Positions 59,494 to 64,000 of a DNA stretch of 64,000 nt are shown one piece after another. Each line of letters starts with the position of its first letter. The stretch's first letter is position 1. Made by a program: the position numbers and the translations under genes. Source of the DNA: a bacterium (GTDB lineage Bacteria > Zhuqueibacterota > Zhuqueibacteria > Residuimicrobiales > Krinioviventaceae); assembly GCA_963693055.1 (NCBI GenBank), contig OY843751.1, positions 5,536,001-5,600,000 of the forward strand. Direction: 5' to 3'. A model generated the notes under the pieces. That model saw only the letters and a program-made list of their open reading frames with translations, ran no database searches and was not told the DNA's origin.

Positions 59494-59604
59494 TTTGATC
59501 AGTTATTGAGATAAACACTCTTTTTCCATCTTGACTTTTTAAGCAGAATTCATCATTTTCATGTTCAGCGAATATAATTTTATTTTAATAATCGGGAGCT
59601 GTCA

Positions 59605-62496
59605 ATGAAAATCCTGTCAGTTGTTTTCACTGTTTCTCTTCTTTTTACTACCCTACTTATCTCTGCTGAAACTGTCACTTTTTATGTTTCCCCTTCCGGT
59701 AACAATTCATGGTCAGGGAGCATTGCATATCCTAACGCTGATCAATCAGACGGACCCTTTGCAACGCTGGAGCATGCACTGCAATCAGTAAAAGCACTTT
59801 CTCCCAATATCCGAAAAAATAAAATTACCCTAAAAATAAAACAGGGCAGATACGAGTTGTCTTCCCCTTTATTGTTTGAACCACAAGATTTCGGCAAACC
59901 ATTGGTTATTGAAGCATACTCCGGTGAGCACCCCGTCATTTCGGGAGGAAAACAAATAACCGGTTGGAAATTCAAGGGCAATAACCTGTGGCAGACAAAG
60001 GTTGAAACCGACATTCCCTTCCGTCAACTCTTTGTCAATGGTGAACGTCGATTCAGAGCGCGTACTCCCAATACCGGTCATTTTCTTATTGAAGAGAATC
60101 CGGGACTCGATCCCAAAGCCCGCTACAATACACCTGCACATTTGTTCCGCTATGCTGATGGAGATATGAGCGGGGACTGGGAAAATATAACGGACATTGA
60201 AGTGGTAGTTTTACATTTCTGGGTAGATACTCACCTGCCGGTAAAAAGCATTGATGACAATGAACGGATCGTTACATTCCAAAAATCGAGTCGAAGGAAA
60301 TTGACTGACGATTATAACAGCTCTGGTGCCCGATACTATATTGACAATGTTTACGAGGGTATGGACAGTCCCGGTGAATGGTACTGGGACCAAAAAACCG
60401 GTATCCTCTCCTACATTGCAATGCCCGGTGAAGACATTACCTCTGCCGAGGTTTATGTACCGCAATGCTCACAACTGCTAAGGCTAGAGGGAGATCCCTC
60501 TGCCAACAAATGGATTGAGAACATTCAGTTTAAAAACCTGACGTTTGAGCATACCGATTGGCAGCTCCCTGCTGACGATGCCGGAGATCTGCAAGCAGCT
60601 AACACAGTACCAGGTACAATCTATATGACCGGAGTGAGAAACATTCGTTTCGAAAACTCAATTATAAGACACACCGGCACCTATGGTATAGAACTGGCAG
60701 ATGGCTGCAGAGAAATACAAATTACCAACAATGAACTGGCTGACCTGGGTGCTGGCGGAATTCGTCTCTCCGGAGGAGATGCTAAAAGTGATTCACTCTT
60801 ACGAACCGGCAATATCACAATTACAAACAATCATCTGCATCACATGGGACAAATCTATCACAGCGGTGTGGGTATATTTTTACAAAATGCGGATAACAAT
60901 GTAATAGCACATAACCACATCCATCATTTGTACTATTCCGGAATTTCCGCGGGATGGGTTTGGGGATACACACCAAGCGTCAGTGTTAACAATCACATTG
61001 AATACAATCACATACACCACGTGGGACAAAAAATGCTTTCCGATATGGGCGGCGTTTATCTGCTAGGCATCTCTCCTGGCACAGTTGTACGTAATAATCG
61101 TATCCATGATGTGGATTCGTGGGGCTATGGCGGATGGGGATTGTACACGGACGAAGGCAGCACCGATATTGTTCTCGAGAACAATATTGTATACCGAACC
61201 AAAAGCGCCGGATTTCATCAGCATTATGGAAAAGAAAACATTATCCGTAATAATATTTTTGCTCTCGCACGCGAACAGCAAATACAACGTTCCCGTAACG
61301 AAGAGCACCTCAGCTTTACCTTTGAAAACAATATCGTTTACTGGTACGGAACCGACTTGTTGGGCAAAAACTGGAAAGAAAACAATTACCGGTTTAACAA
61401 TAACCATTATTATCGTCTCGATGGCAAACCGGTTACTTTTGCCGGAATGTCTTTTGATGACTGGAAAAAGAAAGGTCAGGACCTCAACTCGCAACTTGAG
61501 GATCCCCGGTTCACAAATCCGGATAAAGACGATTATGATCTGATGGTAGATTCTCCAGCAATCCGTAATGGCTTTTCACCCATAGACTTTTCCGCTATTG
61601 GCAACCGTAACTGGCCTGAACCGGTCAAAGAGATCCAATACCTCAGCAAAGCAGACAATAGCTATCAGCCTGCCATGTTTTATCAACCGGATTACGACTC
61701 TCCCCGTCCCTTGTTGGTTTGTTTGCATACCTGGTCCGGAGACTACACCCAGGATTCACAGGTCCCTCAGGCCCGCTGGTGCATTGAAAAAGGCTGGATA
61801 TTCATCCATCCCAACTTTCGCGGCCCCAACAATCGCCCCGAGGCAACCGGCTCGGATCTGATGATTCAGGATATTCTAAGCGCGGTTGATTTTGCCAAAG
61901 GCATTGCCAACGTAGATACCTCCCGCATCTATCTCTTGGGCAATTCAGGCGGCGGCCATGCATCTCTGCTCATGGCGGCAAAACATCCCGGAATCTGGAC
62001 GGCCGTCTCGGCCTGGGTACCCATATCAGACATAAAAGCCTGGTACTATGAAAGCCGGGACCTCGGAAATCGCTATGCGGACATGATTCTCAATTCCACC
62101 GGTGGTGAGCCTGGCACGAGCAAACAAGTAGATGAAGAATATAAAAATCGCTCCTCTCTGTTCTTTTTGCAAAATGCAAAAGGACTGCCGCTTGATATCA
62201 ATGCGGGTATTCACGACGGACACACGGGAAGTGTGCCGGTGAGTCATACACTCAATGCATTTAACGTACTGGCGGCAGATAATGATAAAATCGCGAAAGA
62301 GGACATTGATTATATTGTTGAAACCCAGGAATTACCAGATCACTTGAAAAACAAATGTAAAGCAGATATCTGGTATGGCGACAAAACCGTGCTGCTTCGT
62401 CGCCAAAGCGGTAATGCCCGCGTTACCCTTTTTGAAGGCGGACACGAAGGGCTTCCCTATCCAGCCATGAAATGGCTGGAACAGCAAAAGAAATAA
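59605..62496 (+). CDS. Secreted right-handed beta-helix protein (GH141-like) fused to a C-terminal alpha/beta hydrolase
   Basis: Signal peptide, YVSPSGN, GPFATL, LSDMGGVY, GLYTDEGS; then LHTWS, PNFRG, GNSGGG, EGGHE. Confidence 0.85.
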   Translation: MKILSVVFTVSLLFTTLLISAETVTFYVSPSGNNSWSGSIAYPNADQSDGPFATLEHALQSVKALSPNIRKNKITLKIKQGRYELSSPLLFEPQDFGKPLVIEAYSGEHPVISGGKQITGWKFKGNNLWQTKVETDIPFRQLFVNGERRFRARTPNTGHFLIEENPGLDPKARYNTPAHLFRYADGDMSGDWENITDIEVVVLHFWVDTHLPVKSIDDNERIVTFQKSSRRKLTDDYNSSGARYYIDNVYEGMDSPGEWYWDQKTGILSYIAMPGEDITSAEVYVPQCSQLLRLEGDPSANKWIENIQFKNLTFEHTDWQLPADDAGDLQAANTVPGTIYMTGVRNIRFENSIIRHTGTYGIELADGCREIQITNNELADLGAGGIRLSGGDAKSDSLLRTGNITITNNHLHHMGQIYHSGVGIFLQNADNNVIAHNHIHHLYYSGISAGWVWGYTPSVSVNNHIEYNHIHHVGQKMLSDMGGVYLLGISPGTVVRNNRIHDVDSWGYGGWGLYTDEGSTDIVLENNIVYRTKSAGFHQHYGKENIIRNNIFALAREQQIQRSRNEEHLSFTFENNIVYWYGTDLLGKNWKENNYRFNNNHYYRLDGKPVTFAGMSFDDWKKKGQDLNSQLEDPRFTNPDKDDYDLMVDSPAIRNGFSPIDFSAIGNRNWPEPVKEIQYLSKADNSYQPAMFYQPDYDSPRPLLVCLHTWSGDYTQDSQVPQARWCIEKGWIFIHPNFRGPNNRPEATGSDLMIQDILSAVDFAKGIANVDTSRIYLLGNSGGGHASLLMAAKHPGIWTAVSAWVPISDIKAWYYESRDLGNRYADMILNSTGGEPGTSKQVDEEYKNRSSLFFLQNAKGLPLDINAGIHDGHTGSVPVSHTLNAFNVLAADNDKIAKEDIDYIVETQELPDHLKNKCKADIWYGDKTVLLRRQSGNARVTLFEGGHEGLPYPAMKWLEQQKK

Positions 62497-62523
62497 TTCA
62501 TGATGTTTTGATAAAGCGTTGAT

Positions 62524-62881
62524 GTAGGGACCGGTTCCTGAGTTCGAGTGAGCACTTTACTCACGAGAGTATCGAAGGACCAGTCTGAAATATACCGTAA
62601 AAAAACATTTATTAACCACCCGCTTCGCTCGATGAACGCAGATAAACGCAGATGCTTTCTTAGATCGTGACGGTGATGATCACCTTCACGATCAGAAATA
62701 GCCTTTCCGTGTGTTCTGTGGTTCGTTTTTCTCCTTCCCGTTTTTCTTAGCGTTCTTGACGGCTTTGTGGTTCAACTTTTTTTAAATTGATGCAACAAAC
62801 CATAACTTAAATACTGATAACTGACAGCTTGAGCTCTTCGATACTCGTTTCGCCTAATGACAGACCGAACTCAGAAACCGG
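62524..62881. repeat. Inverted pair of structured repeats enclosing a short-repeat mosaic
   Basis: CCGGTTyCTGAGTTCG-[hairpin]-GAGTATCGAAG at 62531-62577 (+) and 62836-62881 (-); GTAG at 62524; internal palindrome 62663-62693. Confidence 0.75.
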
Positions 62882-62978
62882 CCTTTTTCTTGTATTTCGT
62901 TGGCTATTTTTATTTTGATTCTAAACTCGATTTATGTATTTTCCATCGGGTAGAGGAAATTAAAACATTGAGGGCAGT

Positions 62979-64000
62979 ATGAAAAAAATTCAGATATTTC
63001 TTGTTATACTATTCACCATTTGCGGAATGCTGTTTACCGCATGTTCACAGCAAACCAAATCCAATCATTATGATATAGTTATCTATGGCGGAACATCTTC
63101 CGGTGTTGTCGCAGCCATTCAGGCAAAGAAAATGGGCCATTCCGTAGCAATTGTGGGCCCGGACGTGCACCTGGGCGGTCTCACTTCCGGTGGACTCGGC
63201 TGGACCGATGGCGGTAACACCAGCGCAGTTGGCGGACTGGCACGTGAATTTTACCACCGTGTTTGGCAGCATTATGAGAAAGACAATGCCTGGGTATGGG
63301 AAAACATGCAGGACTTTGAAAACCAGGGTCAGGGCACTAAAGCCAAAAATGATGAGGAACAAACCATGTGGGTGTTTGAACCGCATGTGGCTGAAAAAGT
63401 TTACGATGAGTGGGTTAAAGCACTCAACATCCCGGTGTTCCGCAACGAGTGGCTCGATCGTGAAAACGGAGTAAAAACAAGCAATGGATCAATAAAAACC
63501 ATTACGATGCTCAGCGGAAAGACTTTAACTGCCAAGGTCTTTATAGACGCTACCTATGAAGGCGATCTCATGGCTGCCGCGGGTGTATCTTACCATGTGG
63601 GTCGTGAAGCCAACAGCGTATATGACGAGACCTGGAATGGTGTGCAGGTGGGTGTTTTGCACCACGGTCATCATTTCAAAAGCGACATTTCTCCTTACAA
63701 AGTCCCCGGTGATCCATCAAGTGGTGTATTGTCACGTATTTCCACAGAACCTCCGGGCGAAAAAGGCCAGGGCGACCATCGTCTCCAGGCATACTGCTAT
63801 CGCATGTGTTTAACCACTGTTGAGAAAAACCGGGTGCCCTTCCCAAAACCCAAAAATTACGATCCCGCAGAATATGAACTGCTGGTACGAATTTATGAAT
63901 CCGGTTGGCGCGAAACCTTTAACAAATTCGACATGATCCCCAATCTCAAAACCGATACCAACAACCACGGCCCCTTTAGCACAGACAATATCGGCATGAA
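62979..64000 (+). CDS. FAD-dependent oxidoreductase lipoprotein (PF12831-like), partial, runs off right edge
   Basis: Hand translation MKKIQIF...LFTAC lipobox, DIVIYGGTSSG, GGLTSGGLG, FIDATYEGDL, QAYCYR; not in the ORF track. Confidence 0.88.
   Translation, partial: MKKIQIFLVILFTICGMLFTACSQQTKSNHYDIVIYGGTSSGVVAAIQAKKMGHSVAIVGPDVHLGGLTSGGLGWTDGGNTSAVGGLAREFYHRVWQHYEKDNAWVWENMQDFENQGQGTKAKNDEEQTMWVFEPHVAEKVYDEWVKALNIPVFRNEWLDRENGVKTSNGSIKTITMLSGKTLTAKVFIDATYEGDLMAAAGVSYHVGREANSVYDETWNGVQVGVLHHGHHFKSDISPYKVPGDPSSGVLSRISTEPPGEKGQGDHRLQAYCYRMCLTTVEKNRVPFPKPKNYDPAEYELLVRIYESGWRETFNKFDMIPNLKTDTNNHGPFSTDNIGM

Noticed and set aside
62531-62577. Hammerhead ribozyme (CTGAG...CGAA)
   Set aside because: Lacks the CUGANGA / GAAA / UH core and the three-stem arrangement.
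63045-63813. ORF-track calls near the right edge
   Set aside because: Off-frame or antisense to the real oxidoreductase gene starting at 62979.

Overview
A 64-kb stretch of bacterial chromosome of about 40% GC (estimated by eye). The gene content suggests a diderm FCB-superphylum lineage such as KSB1 or Calditrichota, which is inference only. Most of it is housekeeping or envelope genes (mpl, rodZ, maf, dtd, hisS, nadB, amidase, trxB, plsY, rnz, tkt, gpmI, archease-rtcB). I found no rRNA, tRNA, CRISPR array, integrase or transposase. Notable elements: (1) a large acidic secreted protein truncated at the left edge and missing from the ORF track, preceded by a near-consensus sigma-54 promoter, a 32-bp-phased pair of upstream sites and a long leader with a 9-codon uORF; (2) an 11-gene envelope cluster with five paralogous membrane GT2 glycosyltransferases, a flippase-like protein, a Wzi-like barrel, DUF3108, a methyltransferase, a radical SAM enzyme and a PHP hydrolase; (3) an archaeal-type DGGGP synthase-like UbiA gene in a genome that also has plsY; (4) an AT-rich island with a Panacea antitoxin / MazF-like toxin pair, a membrane protein and a Cas2/VapD-like protein, abutting a 260-bp array of nine hairpins whose core is an inverted doublet with compensatory base changes; (5) a second structured inverted-repeat element near 62.5-62.9 kb. 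All protein calls come from motif recognition by eye; no database searches were run.
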